From: an uncultured Fervidobacterium sp.
GTDB taxonomy: Bacteria > Thermotogota > Thermotogae > Thermotogales > Fervidobacteriaceae
DNA: 64,000 nt
Reading direction: 5' to 3'
NCBI GenBank assembly: GCA_964452455.1
Contig: CAYVMA010000002.1
Coordinates: 6,283-70,282, forward strand
The notes beneath the pieces are model-generated. The model was given only the letters and a program-made list of their open reading frames with translations. It was not told the origin of the DNA and searched no databases. Below are positions 28,364-37,337 of this stretch, one piece after another. How positions within the stretch are numbered: the first letter of the stretch is position 1; every line of letters starts with the position of its first letter. The position numbers were made by a program, and so were the translations under genes.

Positions 28364-29149
28364 ATGGTTCTTAGAGATATTCAAAGCGAATACGATTCAA
28401 GAAACGTATACCTGAAAAGAGTAGGAGTAAAAGGTGTTAGGTATCCTATTGTGGTTCTCGATAAGACAAATGGTACACAATCAACAATTGCAACGATAAA
28501 TATGTACGTAGACCTTCCACAAAACTATCGAGGAACACACATGAGTAGGTTTATCGAAGTTCTTAACGAATATCACCTAGAGATAAATCCTAAACGAGTG
28601 AGAGATATCTTGCACAAACTCAAGGATGTTTTAAATGCAAAGAGGGCAGTCATAGAAGTTGAATTCCCTTACTTTATTAAAAAGCAGGCACCAGTAACAA
28701 AGAGCGAAAGTTATCTTGAATATATCTGTACTTTTGAAGCAGAAATTTTCGATAGTAGGTTTGATTTTTTAACTTCGGTTGTAGTTCCAATACACACACT
28801 ATGTCCATGCTCAAAAGAAATCAGTGAGCGGGGTGCTCACAATCAAAGGGCTCTTTGTAAAGTATCCTACGAAAGTAAAGAAATGATATGGATAGAAGAC
28901 ATTGTAGAGATTGTGGAAAAATCGGCGAGTGCACCTATATTCACTTTACTTAAAAGGCCAGACGAGAAGTATGTAACAGAGCTCGCCTATGACCATCCAA
29001 AATTTGTAGAAGACGTGGCGAGAGATGTTGCACTTGAGTTGAAAAAGTATGATAAAATAAAATGGTATAGAGTAGAAGTTGAGAGCTTTGAGTCGATTCA
29101 TGCACACAATGCCTACGCGTGCGTAACAAGTGACGAATTGCAAAAATAA
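28364..29149 (+). CDS. folE2: GTP cyclohydrolase IB (FolE2/MptA family).
   Basis: YRGTHMSRF and CPCSKEISERGAHNQR motifs. Confidence 0.9.
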   Translation: MVLRDIQSEYDSRNVYLKRVGVKGVRYPIVVLDKTNGTQSTIATINMYVDLPQNYRGTHMSRFIEVLNEYHLEINPKRVRDILHKLKDVLNAKRAVIEVEFPYFIKKQAPVTKSESYLEYICTFEAEIFDSRFDFLTSVVVPIHTLCPCSKEISERGAHNQRALCKVSYESKEMIWIEDIVEIVEKSASAPIFTLLKRPDEKYVTELAYDHPKFVEDVARDVALELKKYDKIKWYRVEVESFESIHAHNAYACVTSDELQK

Positions 29150-29177
29150 GAACGCACATTTACAAGAAGGTGATAAT

Positions 29178-29501
29178 ATGGATGAGCAAAAAATCAACAA
29201 GATACTTACATACATGGGGTTTGCAGCTAGGGCGAATAAGATTGCTTTTGGAAAGGATATGTTAAAGGAATACCTAAGCGATAAAAGGTTACGTAAAAAA
29301 GTATTAGTTGTGGCAAAAGATGCTGGGGAAAGAGTAAAGAAGGACTTGAAGATAAGATGTGAAATAAACGATGTTCCATATATCGAAATTGCGGACAAAA
29401 AAACGCTTGCAAAAGCTGTAGGAAAAATTAATCTGTCGGCAGTGGGAATTCTTGATGAAAATCTTGCAGAAGCAATTATTAAAGTGGTGCACGCTGAATA
29501 A
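29178..29501 (+). CDS. L7Ae/L30e-family RNA-binding protein (YlxQ/YbxF-like).
   Basis: GFAARANKIAFGKDMLKEYL...VLVVAKDAGERV pattern. Start moved to the ATG at 29178 after GAAGGTGA. Confidence 0.7.
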   Translation: MDEQKINKILTYMGFAARANKIAFGKDMLKEYLSDKRLRKKVLVVAKDAGERVKKDLKIRCEINDVPYIEIADKKTLAKAVGKINLSAVGILDENLAEAIIKVVHAE

Positions 29502-29546
29502 AATGCTCTCATCTGAGAATTTCCACCTTCCAAGGGGGTAAAAACT

Positions 29547-30401
29547 ATGGAAGAAAGAATAGTTACTCTTGCGGAGTTTCCACTTATAGATTTCGTTGAG
29601 TTAGTAAATATGGTCTTTTCCGACTACGTAATTCCAATCAATTGGAACGTTCTATCCTTTAAGATGGATGCTAGAGAAAACTCTATTTCCTTCAGCGATT
29701 CCTTTGTATTCATCAAGGATAATGAACCTGTGGGCTTTATTCTTGTTGCAATACGTGGAAATAGAGCAAGAATAGACGCCATGGGGGTTGTGCCAAACGA
29801 ACGTGGAAAAGGCTTGGCAGATAGAATATTGAAACATACATTTAGGCATTTAAAGATGAAAAACATTGAACACGTAACGCTCGAAGTTGCAACTGCAGAC
29901 GAACGGGCTGTAAGATTCTACGATAAAAACGGATTCAGAAAGTTGAGAAATCTTGACACGTTTGTTCTGGAGAATCCCCAAGAATATGATATACACTACT
30001 CTGCCCTTCAGACTGACAACAGACTAGTTTACTCAATTGCACTGAGTAACGAGATAAATATACCAAGAAAGGTAAATTGGCAACGTGAACCAATAACATT
30101 GATGCTATCTGATGGAAGATACAACTTAGTTAGATTACACTCCAAAAACATAGAAGGATACTTGGTTTGGGGCAAAACAGACGAAAATTCTTCTTACATA
30201 GTCGACTGCGCACCAAGGTCTGCAGTACTTGAAGATTGGGATTTGGTTGTGAAAGTTTCTGTTGATTACATTGTAAAGAATGCAAGACCATCAATAATAT
30301 CTGTGGTTGCAGTAGCTGAAGATGATTTATTACATAGTGCGTTGGAAAAAAATGATTTCAAGATATTGTTGACACAATATGAAATGGTAAGGAAGCTGTA
30401 G
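29547..30401 (+). CDS. GNAT-family N-acetyltransferase with a C-terminal extension of about 130 aa of unknown function.
   Basis: RARIDAMGVVPNERGKGLADRIL acetyl-CoA-binding motif (Q/RxxGxG/A). Confidence 0.7.
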   Translation: MEERIVTLAEFPLIDFVELVNMVFSDYVIPINWNVLSFKMDARENSISFSDSFVFIKDNEPVGFILVAIRGNRARIDAMGVVPNERGKGLADRILKHTFRHLKMKNIEHVTLEVATADERAVRFYDKNGFRKLRNLDTFVLENPQEYDIHYSALQTDNRLVYSIALSNEINIPRKVNWQREPITLMLSDGRYNLVRLHSKNIEGYLVWGKTDENSSYIVDCAPRSAVLEDWDLVVKVSVDYIVKNARPSIISVVAVAEDDLLHSALEKNDFKILLTQYEMVRKL

Positions 30402-30436
30402 CTACAGTTCGTTTCTATGAATAGAGTAACAGGACC

Positions 30437-32893
30437 TTAGTAAACCTTAGACAAAACTGTTCCTGGATAAAAGAAGGTCAATATAGTAGTGTAATCCCAT
30501 CCATAATCCTTTGCTAGAAAGTTTGCAGCCACTTGGCTCATACCTATTCCATGCCCAAATCCTCCACCGTAAAGTATTACCTTTTCCGCATAGCCGTAAT
30601 CGTTTTTAACAACATCTACGGCAAAGAAGGAACTAGGAAGCGAAGTGAAGTCGGACCTGACTATACCATTGCGTAACACCACCTTTTTTCCAGTCGGTGA
30701 GAATAGTTTCAGTACTTGCTCGTCTGCTATTTTATACAACCTTTTATTTGTTTCTACGACCAACTCTTTGACATACTTTCCAGTGGTTCTTTGAGTAATG
30801 TAAATGTTAACGATTACTTCATGTTGATTATCTGAAAAATCAAAATAATCACGTTGATAGGTTCCACTCTTTTGTTCAGTCATATTAAAGTTTTCTTCTG
30901 TTGTTGGTATCATACTTGGATCTGTAGTTATCATCATACTTGAGTCTTTAAAAGAGTCATTCACTAACTCAGAAATAACCGTTGCATTTCTTTCCTCCAA
31001 AAGGTTTGGCGTTAAAACCAAGTTAATAAAATCTGCTAAGACCTCGATGAATTTGAACTTTTGTTTCAAATCTTCCGAATTGGACGAGTCGAGCACAGAT
31101 AAGTTTTTAAGTGAAGAGAGCCTTTGTAAAATTTCCTCAGGAGTGTATTCAACTCTCCATCGGAAATAACCATTGACAGCCTCCGGAAAACCCAAACTTT
31201 TGAGCATAAAAACATTACTATTCTTCAAAAAGTTAGTTATTGCTTGTTCATCATCGAGAAATACCGCAAGTTCACTTTCAACAGCTACCATCTTAGGGGT
31301 TATGTAGCTAATCTTCATTCTAAAAACATCTTCAGGAGATAGAGCATAACCTCCGGATACAGCGTAATAGAACGTAGCTGCAGGTTTGCCCTGATATCCG
31401 AGTATCTCGCCACTTGTTTCTATAACAGCGTTAGTAGCCTTTTCATTTGTGGAACTGAAGTTATACGCTTGAAAATTCGTAGAATCGTCAATATTTGCCC
31501 CAAGTCTTGCGTACCTTCTATCGGCAAGGATTTTATTAAGTGTATATGTTCGAGCAACAACCGCCTGTGCTTTTAATGCTTCAGGATGATAGGTACTTGG
31601 CATCTCACTTGATACAACGGTTTTTAAATACTCTTCTATCGGCAATTCATTTATAATGCTAAGTCCACCATCGTTGTTAGCAACTATTTCAAAGCTACCA
31701 AAATACTTTTTCTTCCCTTTTTCGACAATCTCGACCGATGAATTACTGCTAAGAGGCTTTAAATAAAACCTAGATTTTATTCCAAAAGGACCTATTATTC
31801 CATTGTTTGTTTCAACAATAAGAACATTGAAGTGCCTTTGAAATCGGATTAGTTCTCCAGATTGTAAGTTTGCGACTTGCTGATAGGTATTGTCCAAAAC
31901 GAAAAGGAAATAGGGTTGAGATACCTTTACAGTAATATAATCAAAACTGCTTGATACGAGACTGCCAGTGGAACTCAACTTTGAACTTAGCAGTACACGA
32001 ACAGTTGAAGGAAGAGTCTCGACATAGTTGATATCCGTTATTTCTCCGCTTGAAAATGTGACAAACAATTCGCTTATTCCTGGATAAAGTAAACTCGACC
32101 ACTGAACATTACTTTTTCCGTTGATTAAAAGGGTATTCGATAACTTGTATTTTCCTTCCTTTTCAAAAATAACCTCTCTCGTAGTAGCATCAAAGGCAAC
32201 AATTTTAGACATTTTAGCCAAATTCGATAATAACGAAATTTTCTTATTTTTGAAGGATATCATTAGGGAGTAAAAAGAACCGGATTGAAATCCTATGTCC
32301 GTTGAGAAAAGTATGCTATTAGAGTTCACATCTTTTTCTTCTATAATAGAAAATCTATAGGTACCTGGAAAGAGTTCCATCTGTACAGGGAAAGTATTGA
32401 TATTAAGTGGGATAACAATTGTGAAATCCGGGTACTCATATGTTATCTTAACTTTTTTTCCAGTAGGAGCACTTACATCATCAACATCTAGCGTGAGAAG
32501 AATCTTAACTAAGTTAGGTGTCATAGTTATTTCCACTTTCTTGGTAGGAATATCATAATTTACAGTTACCTCAGAACCGCCGAAAAAGAGGACATTGTTC
32601 TTAAAAGTTAATACCGCACCGATTTTGTAAGTTCCTTGGTTTTCTAAATTTACGTTCAAAACTGGGGATTTAGTAGTAAAAATCTGCGAATAGCTTCCGT
32701 CAACAAGTTTGATTTGATAAACGTATGAAAATCCTTCCTCAAGTGATTCAAAGCTTATAAATGGCAGGTTATAATCAACCATTTCGGGAAATTTAAGTGA
32801 GACATCCAAAGCAAAATACCCCAGTCCAAGTACTTTGATACAAAACAAAAAGAGCAACAAGAACATCAAACTTAGAGTGCCCTTTCCTTTCAC
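30437..32893 (-). CDS. SpoIID/LytB-domain cell-wall protein with a long beta-rich N-terminal region.
   Basis: Signal anchor. SpoIID motifs EEYLKTVVSSEMPSTYHPEALKAQAVVARTY and GGGFGHGIGMSQVAANFLA in the C-terminal half. GTG start after GAGAGGTGA. Confidence 0.8.
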   Translation of the reverse strand: MKGKGTLSLMFLLLFLFCIKVLGLGYFALDVSLKFPEMVDYNLPFISFESLEEGFSYVYQIKLVDGSYSQIFTTKSPVLNVNLENQGTYKIGAVLTFKNNVLFFGGSEVTVNYDIPTKKVEITMTPNLVKILLTLDVDDVSAPTGKKVKITYEYPDFTIVIPLNINTFPVQMELFPGTYRFSIIEEKDVNSNSILFSTDIGFQSGSFYSLMISFKNKKISLLSNLAKMSKIVAFDATTREVIFEKEGKYKLSNTLLINGKSNVQWSSLLYPGISELFVTFSSGEITDINYVETLPSTVRVLLSSKLSSTGSLVSSSFDYITVKVSQPYFLFVLDNTYQQVANLQSGELIRFQRHFNVLIVETNNGIIGPFGIKSRFYLKPLSSNSSVEIVEKGKKKYFGSFEIVANNDGGLSIINELPIEEYLKTVVSSEMPSTYHPEALKAQAVVARTYTLNKILADRRYARLGANIDDSTNFQAYNFSSTNEKATNAVIETSGEILGYQGKPAATFYYAVSGGYALSPEDVFRMKISYITPKMVAVESELAVFLDDEQAITNFLKNSNVFMLKSLGFPEAVNGYFRWRVEYTPEEILQRLSSLKNLSVLDSSNSEDLKQKFKFIEVLADFINLVLTPNLLEERNATVISELVNDSFKDSSMMITTDPSMIPTTEENFNMTEQKSGTYQRDYFDFSDNQHEVIVNIYITQRTTGKYVKELVVETNKRLYKIADEQVLKLFSPTGKKVVLRNGIVRSDFTSLPSSFFAVDVVKNDYGYAEKVILYGGGFGHGIGMSQVAANFLAKDYGWDYTTILTFFYPGTVLSKVY

Positions 32894-33148
32894 GATATCA
32901 CCTCTCGTTTAATTTCTAATCTATTATTCATTTACTAAAAGACTCCTTTTCAAAATTACAGCGCCACCTTAAATTGATTCAATTACTATCAAGCCATCCA
33001 TTCCTGAAACACCTAAAAACAATCTAAGACTGTTCATTACAAAATTTGTCACCCTTTTGCTCTAAGAATATTTTTCTATGTTATCTTCATCTTTCACCTT
33101 GTGACCTCCGCACTCGAATTTGTATATACTATTAACAACTTAACAAGA

Positions 33149-33181
33149 GGGCCATTGGGAGAATCATAATCCCAATGGCCC
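33149..33181 (-). terminator. Hairpin terminator downstream of the Asp23 gene pair.
   Basis: 12-bp stem GGGCCATTGGGA / TCCCAATGGCCC with a 9-nt loop, 44 nt after the stop. The T-tract is modest. Confidence 0.5.
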
Positions 33182-33224
33182 CTTAGAATAGCCATTGATT
33201 TTATACATTCAAAAAATCAAAATC

Positions 33225-33554
33225 TCAAACATTCTCGTTTTCTGTTATAACATCAGCAACCTTGACATTAACGCTTTCTACAATCATACCAGTCATCTCT
33301 TCTACTTTTGCTTTCACGTGACATGCAACGTTGTTAGAAAATTCCAGGAAATTCGAACCAAACTTTGCCGGCACTTGGATTGTGAATCTTACTCTTTCTT
33401 TCTCTTCGTCTTCCGACAGTTGAGGTTTTTCAACAATAACGTTACTCTTTTTGAAACTAATCGTCTTTTCAGCATCTTCAAAGCCAAAAAACTCGCAGAC
33501 ACTTCTGTAAACTATCTCTTGATAAACATTTGCATTAATCTCTATTCTTCCCAT
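33225..33554 (-). CDS. Asp23/Gls24-family envelope stress protein.
   Basis: 109 aa. Pattern IEINANVYQEIVYRSV...VKVADV is typical of Asp23. Confidence 0.75.
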   Translation of the reverse strand: MGRIEINANVYQEIVYRSVCEFFGFEDAEKTISFKKSNVIVEKPQLSEDEEKERVRFTIQVPAKFGSNFLEFSNNVACHVKAKVEEMTGMIVESVNVKVADVITENENV

Positions 33555-33579
33555 ATAAATGCCTCCTTTAAGAAAATAA

Positions 33580-33915
33580 TTACTTAACTTCCGTCACATG
33601 CATGTTGACATCTACATTTTCTAACGCAAGGTGGTTTCTAAATGATTCTATTATTTTTTCTTTCACCATAGCAAAAGTTTCTGGTATGTTTATACCATAA
33701 CCAACAGCAACGTAAAGGTCCACTGTAACACCTTCTCCATTTTCGTTAATAACAACGTTGGACTCTTCTGACGAAAATACGTTTAGGACTTTCTGTAACC
33801 AGTTCTTTGCTGCGACATTCAACCTGTCTGAAAGTTCGGTTAAAGCATAGTAGACTACCTTTTTCAACGCTTTTTCAGTTACCTCAATTTCTCCACATGT
33901 TCCTGGAAATTTCAT
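33580..33915 (-). CDS. Asp23/Gls24-family envelope stress protein.
   Basis: GEIEVTEKALKKVVYYAL...VDVNMHVTEV. Start moved to the ATG at 33915 after GGAGGTGA. Confidence 0.75.
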   Translation of the reverse strand: MKFPGTCGEIEVTEKALKKVVYYALTELSDRLNVAAKNWLQKVLNVFSSEESNVVINENGEGVTVDLYVAVGYGINIPETFAMVKEKIIESFRNHLALENVDVNMHVTEVK

Positions 33916-34079
33916 CACATTCACCTCCAAGAAAAGATCAGTTTCTGTTAAAATTACATCACTACGCCCAGCGTAGGTTAAATTTCTGTGTAAGAAGTTT
34001 ACCACATTGTTAATAAAAAGTCAAGTAATGTGAATCCCGCCATAGTTGCCTTTATAGTTATTTATAGTTATTAATTATC

Positions 34080-34457
34080 TTATTTTATGAGCCATGGGAA
34101 CAAATAATGCAAGAAAAACAGTCCAATCAAGATAAATCCTAAAGTTCTGTGGTAAACTATCCACTTTTTACCAACCTTGTTTTTGAACAAGAACCCCAAA
34201 AATGCAAGAAGTATACCCATCCAAAGAATAAGGCCTGTGTGTAATTTTATCGTTCCCAAAGCTAAGTAACCGTGAATAAATCCGATAACTAATAAGGCAG
34301 TACCTGTGAAAATATGAGCATTCTTTAGAAATTTAAGAATTGGTGGAAACCAGTTCGGTTTCTTTGGAAGATACTTGTAAGTTCTCCTCAAAATAAAAAG
34401 AGACATTTGAAAAAACAATAGTATAGCACTTATTGTTCCCAATACTTTGTACACCAT
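34080..34457 (-). CDS. Small 4-TM membrane protein with conserved-looking His pairs (DUF4405 / cytochrome-b-like, tentative).
   Basis: 125 aa. His residues lie within or at the ends of predicted TM helices (NAHIFTG...GFIHGYL, VYHRTLG...FFLHYLF). Confidence 0.5.
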   Translation of the reverse strand: MVYKVLGTISAILLFFQMSLFILRRTYKYLPKKPNWFPPILKFLKNAHIFTGTALLVIGFIHGYLALGTIKLHTGLILWMGILLAFLGFLFKNKVGKKWIVYHRTLGFILIGLFFLHYLFPWLIK

Positions 34458-34484
34458 CTATTCCCAACTCCGCTTAAGTTATTT

Positions 34485-35366
34485 TTAGTTCATCCTAAAT
34501 CCCACAATCAACCACTCTTTGCGGGGTTGACCATTGTAAACCGTTCCTGCTTTTATTCCTTGTGCATTTTTGGACACATCATACACAAGATCATCAACAA
34601 TGACAAAAGGTTTACCATCTTTTCCATTGAATCTTGAGATGGTTTTGTCGTTGAAGACATATAGTCCAATAGGATACAACCTGCTGAGCAAATTAACGTG
34701 TCCTTGAAGCGAGAGTATTTCACTCGTGAGATCTACTCCCATATCATGACCATAATGTTCACCACCTGTAAATTTTCTGGACTGAGTAGCATCATAAACG
34801 ATACCATAAACAGAAACATAGATTTTCTTTTGTTGCTTTCCGTCGTATTTAATCAGCTCATCTGGGGTGAAAACAAGAACACCGTAGGATGGGAACGATT
34901 TTATTTTGGAAATGCCATGTGGTGAGAGTTTTAAGATGTCGTAAGTCAAATCCTGACCAGCTACGTGCTGATTTTTATGTGTTCCTCCTGCCCATGATTT
35001 TGAAGCGGAAAGATTGTAAACTATCCCGTTAACAGCAACCATTACGGGTGCGTTTTTTCCATTGTACTTCGAAAGTTCAGAAATCGTAACACCAAGAAAT
35101 CCAACAATTTTATCATTTGAAAGAAGCTTTGGGTCTACCTCTGATAACGTGACAAATTTTTTAGCTGGCGCGGAAGTTCCGAGGTTATATACAACACCTT
35201 CCACAGAAATCCATCCTGAAGTCTTCTGCAAAGTTTCAGAGGAAATTATTTTGTATTCTCCTTTGAACTTCTGAATGTTAAAAAACTTATCAAGCTGCCC
35301 AGCAAATAAAAAACTTGTAAAGATAGCTAAACCTAGTAAGACAAAAATCAGTCTGTACTTACTCAT
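34485..35366 (-). CDS. Exported protein with about four tandem cytochrome-b5-like heme/steroid-binding (MAPR-type) repeats.
   Basis: Signal peptide. Four repeated cores VEGVVYNLGTS, VNGIVYNLSAS...GGTHKNQHVAGQDLT...SPHG, VYGIVYDATQS...GGEHYGHDMGVDLT and VDDLVYDVSKN. Confidence 0.6.
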   Translation of the reverse strand: MSKYRLIFVLLGLAIFTSFLFAGQLDKFFNIQKFKGEYKIISSETLQKTSGWISVEGVVYNLGTSAPAKKFVTLSEVDPKLLSNDKIVGFLGVTISELSKYNGKNAPVMVAVNGIVYNLSASKSWAGGTHKNQHVAGQDLTYDILKLSPHGISKIKSFPSYGVLVFTPDELIKYDGKQQKKIYVSVYGIVYDATQSRKFTGGEHYGHDMGVDLTSEILSLQGHVNLLSRLYPIGLYVFNDKTISRFNGKDGKPFVIVDDLVYDVSKNAQGIKAGTVYNGQPRKEWLIVGFRMN

Positions 35367-35665
35367 ACTTTCACCTCCTAGTTGAATGTTGATAAACTTT
35401 GGACTTATTCCAACAAAAAACCTTAGAAAACCGATTAAACCTTGAATTCTTTAAAAATAAGCAGAGATGTGTTCGCACTGTTCTTACATATTATACCATA
35501 CAGCAAACAATATAACAAAATATAACTAAACCACTTAGAACAGGCTAATTAGAACTACTCCAGTTTTAAACAAGTGAAGTAATCAATTTTTTTCAAAATA
35601 CCATTGATAAGGAACTTCGCCTTTTAAAACTTTGTCCCAAAGTTTCAAATAGATAATGTTAGACA

Positions 35666-35696
35666 TTGTTAAAATCGTGGTATAATTTTAGTGGTT
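35666..35696 (+). promoter_or_regulatory. Candidate promoter of the nqr-like operon (TTGTTA, 19-nt spacer, TGgTATAAT).
   Basis: Extended -10 at 35688-35696, about 75 nt upstream of the first start codon. The spacer is slightly long. Confidence 0.45.
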
Positions 35697-35768
35697 CTAA
35701 TTGTGTATCCATATGTTATCAAGCTATTATCTTCAGTTATGCCATAACTTCCATCGAAAGGGGGCGAT

Positions 35769-36731
35769 GTGAGAATGGGTTCCACAGGTCCTATAAAGTT
35801 TCAGAAACAACCTATGATGAGAAAGATGCTCTATGCGCTCACACCTATTCTGTTGTTTTCCATCTTTGCATATGGATTGCGCGTTATCTGGTTAGGATTC
35901 TGGGTGTTTCTCACTGCTATCTTTGTCGAATACCTCTTTGAAAGACGTAAGAATAAACCTGTAAGCGAGGCAGTTCTGGTAACAGCTATGTTGTTTTTGC
36001 TTTCTTTACCACCTTCTGTCCCATTTTGGGTAGCGATAATAGGTATCGCCTTTGGTGTCGCTTTTGGAAAAGAAGTATACGGTGGATTTGGTAGAAACGT
36101 TTTTAATCCTGCAATTGTCGGTAGATTGTTTATATACATAACCTTCCCACTTTATATGACATCTGGTTGGCTTAAACCATCTTTGTTTGGCTTGGATGCA
36201 GCGACTTCTGCAACTCCATTACAAATTCTTAGGGATGAGCAGAGTGTGGATTTATTGAATTTGTTACTTGGTTGGCGGGCTGGAGCCATTGGTGAGGCAC
36301 CTGTTTTGCTCATATTACTGGCTGCAATTTATTTGATATGGACAAAAACTGCAAATTGGAGATTAATGGTCTCAACCTATGGTTCAGCCGTGCTTCTCAC
36401 TTTTTTGTTGGATCTTTTCAACGTTCCAAAATCGTTACCTACGATTCCCGCAATGCTTTCTGGAAGTTTGCTTTTTATTACTGTTTTCATGGTAACAGAA
36501 CCTATAACCGCACCCAAGAAAATTAAGTCAATGTGGATATATGGAATGATTATAGGTTTATCTGGAGTAGTTATTCGAACGTTTTCCTTATTTTCCGAGG
36601 GATGGAGCTTTGCAATATTGATTGGAAATATGTTTGCTCCACTTCTTGACGAGACTATTAAGGACAAAAAAGTTAAAAAGCCAGTAAAGAGCGTAAGCAA
36701 TGATGCTTCTGGGAAGAAGGTGGAAGCATGA
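35769..36731 (+). CDS. nqrB: NqrB/RnfD-family membrane subunit (covalent-FMN type).
   Basis: Polytopic protein with the FMN-threonine motif LDAATSATPL. GTG at 35769 follows AAAGGGGG; an ATG at 35775 is also possible. Confidence 0.85.
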   Translation: MRMGSTGPIKFQKQPMMRKMLYALTPILLFSIFAYGLRVIWLGFWVFLTAIFVEYLFERRKNKPVSEAVLVTAMLFLLSLPPSVPFWVAIIGIAFGVAFGKEVYGGFGRNVFNPAIVGRLFIYITFPLYMTSGWLKPSLFGLDAATSATPLQILRDEQSVDLLNLLLGWRAGAIGEAPVLLILLAAIYLIWTKTANWRLMVSTYGSAVLLTFLLDLFNVPKSLPTIPAMLSGSLLFITVFMVTEPITAPKKIKSMWIYGMIIGLSGVVIRTFSLFSEGWSFAILIGNMFAPLLDETIKDKKVKKPVKSVSNDASGKKVEA

Positions 36732-37336
36732 GATTCGATAGAGACAGTAAAGTCTACACTGTTATTTTCACATTCATCGTATCATTTACGTTTCTTGTTA
36801 TACTTTCTGGTTTAAATGTTATGACATCACAGCAAGTGAAAAAGAATCAAGAATTGTTCATGATTCGGGCTGTTCTTAATGCCATGGGAATTCCATATAC
36901 GAGCGATGAGGAAGCCATCGGTCTTTTCAAATCAAAAGTTACGATGGAAATGAAGGATTCATACAGTTTGTTTTCTGCGGAAGTAGATGGTGAGAAAGTT
37001 TATGCCATCCTCTTCAATGGAAGTGGCTTGTGGGGAAATATTTCTGGTGTTATAGCTGTTAATAGCGAAGTTTCAAGAATCGTAGGGATAGACTTTATCT
37101 CACAAAGTGAAACACCTGGGCTCGGAGGTCGAATTGAGGAAAGTTGGTTCAAAGAACAATTTAGAAACGAAGCAATCGTTGACGGTAAAGTTTTAGTATC
37201 GACAACGAAGGTTCCAGATTCCAAAGATGATGGACAAGTTGATGCAATAACTGGGGCTACATTAACATCTAAATCTATAGAAAAGATAATTGCAACGTAT
37301 ATCCCTATTCTTAAATCGTTACTGGGGGTGAACTGA
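36728..37336 (+). CDS. nqrC: NqrC/RnfG-family FMN-binding subunit.
   Basis: N-terminal TM helix and the FMN attachment motif VDAITGATLTSKSI. ATGA overlap with the upstream gene. Confidence 0.85.
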   Translation: MRFDRDSKVYTVIFTFIVSFTFLVILSGLNVMTSQQVKKNQELFMIRAVLNAMGIPYTSDEEAIGLFKSKVTMEMKDSYSLFSAEVDGEKVYAILFNGSGLWGNISGVIAVNSEVSRIVGIDFISQSETPGLGGRIEESWFKEQFRNEAIVDGKVLVSTTKVPDSKDDGQVDAITGATLTSKSIEKIIATYIPILKSLLGVN

Positions 37337-37337
37337 A

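Noticed and set aside
28946-29533. 195-aa minus-strand ORF spanning the end of folE2 and the L7Ae-like gene.
   Set aside because: It is antisense to two motif-supported genes. It has no SD, and its composition is typical of shadow ORFs.
33195-33587. 130-aa plus-strand ORF opposite the Asp23 gene.
   Set aside because: It is antisense to a recognisable Asp23-family CDS that has an SD. The plus-strand translation has no motif or SD.
34051-34072. Direct repeat TTTATAGTTA TTTATAGTTA, considered as a possible CRISPR or iteron fragment.
   Set aside because: There are only two adjacent 10-nt copies in an AT-rich promoter region, with no spacers and no further copies in the window.
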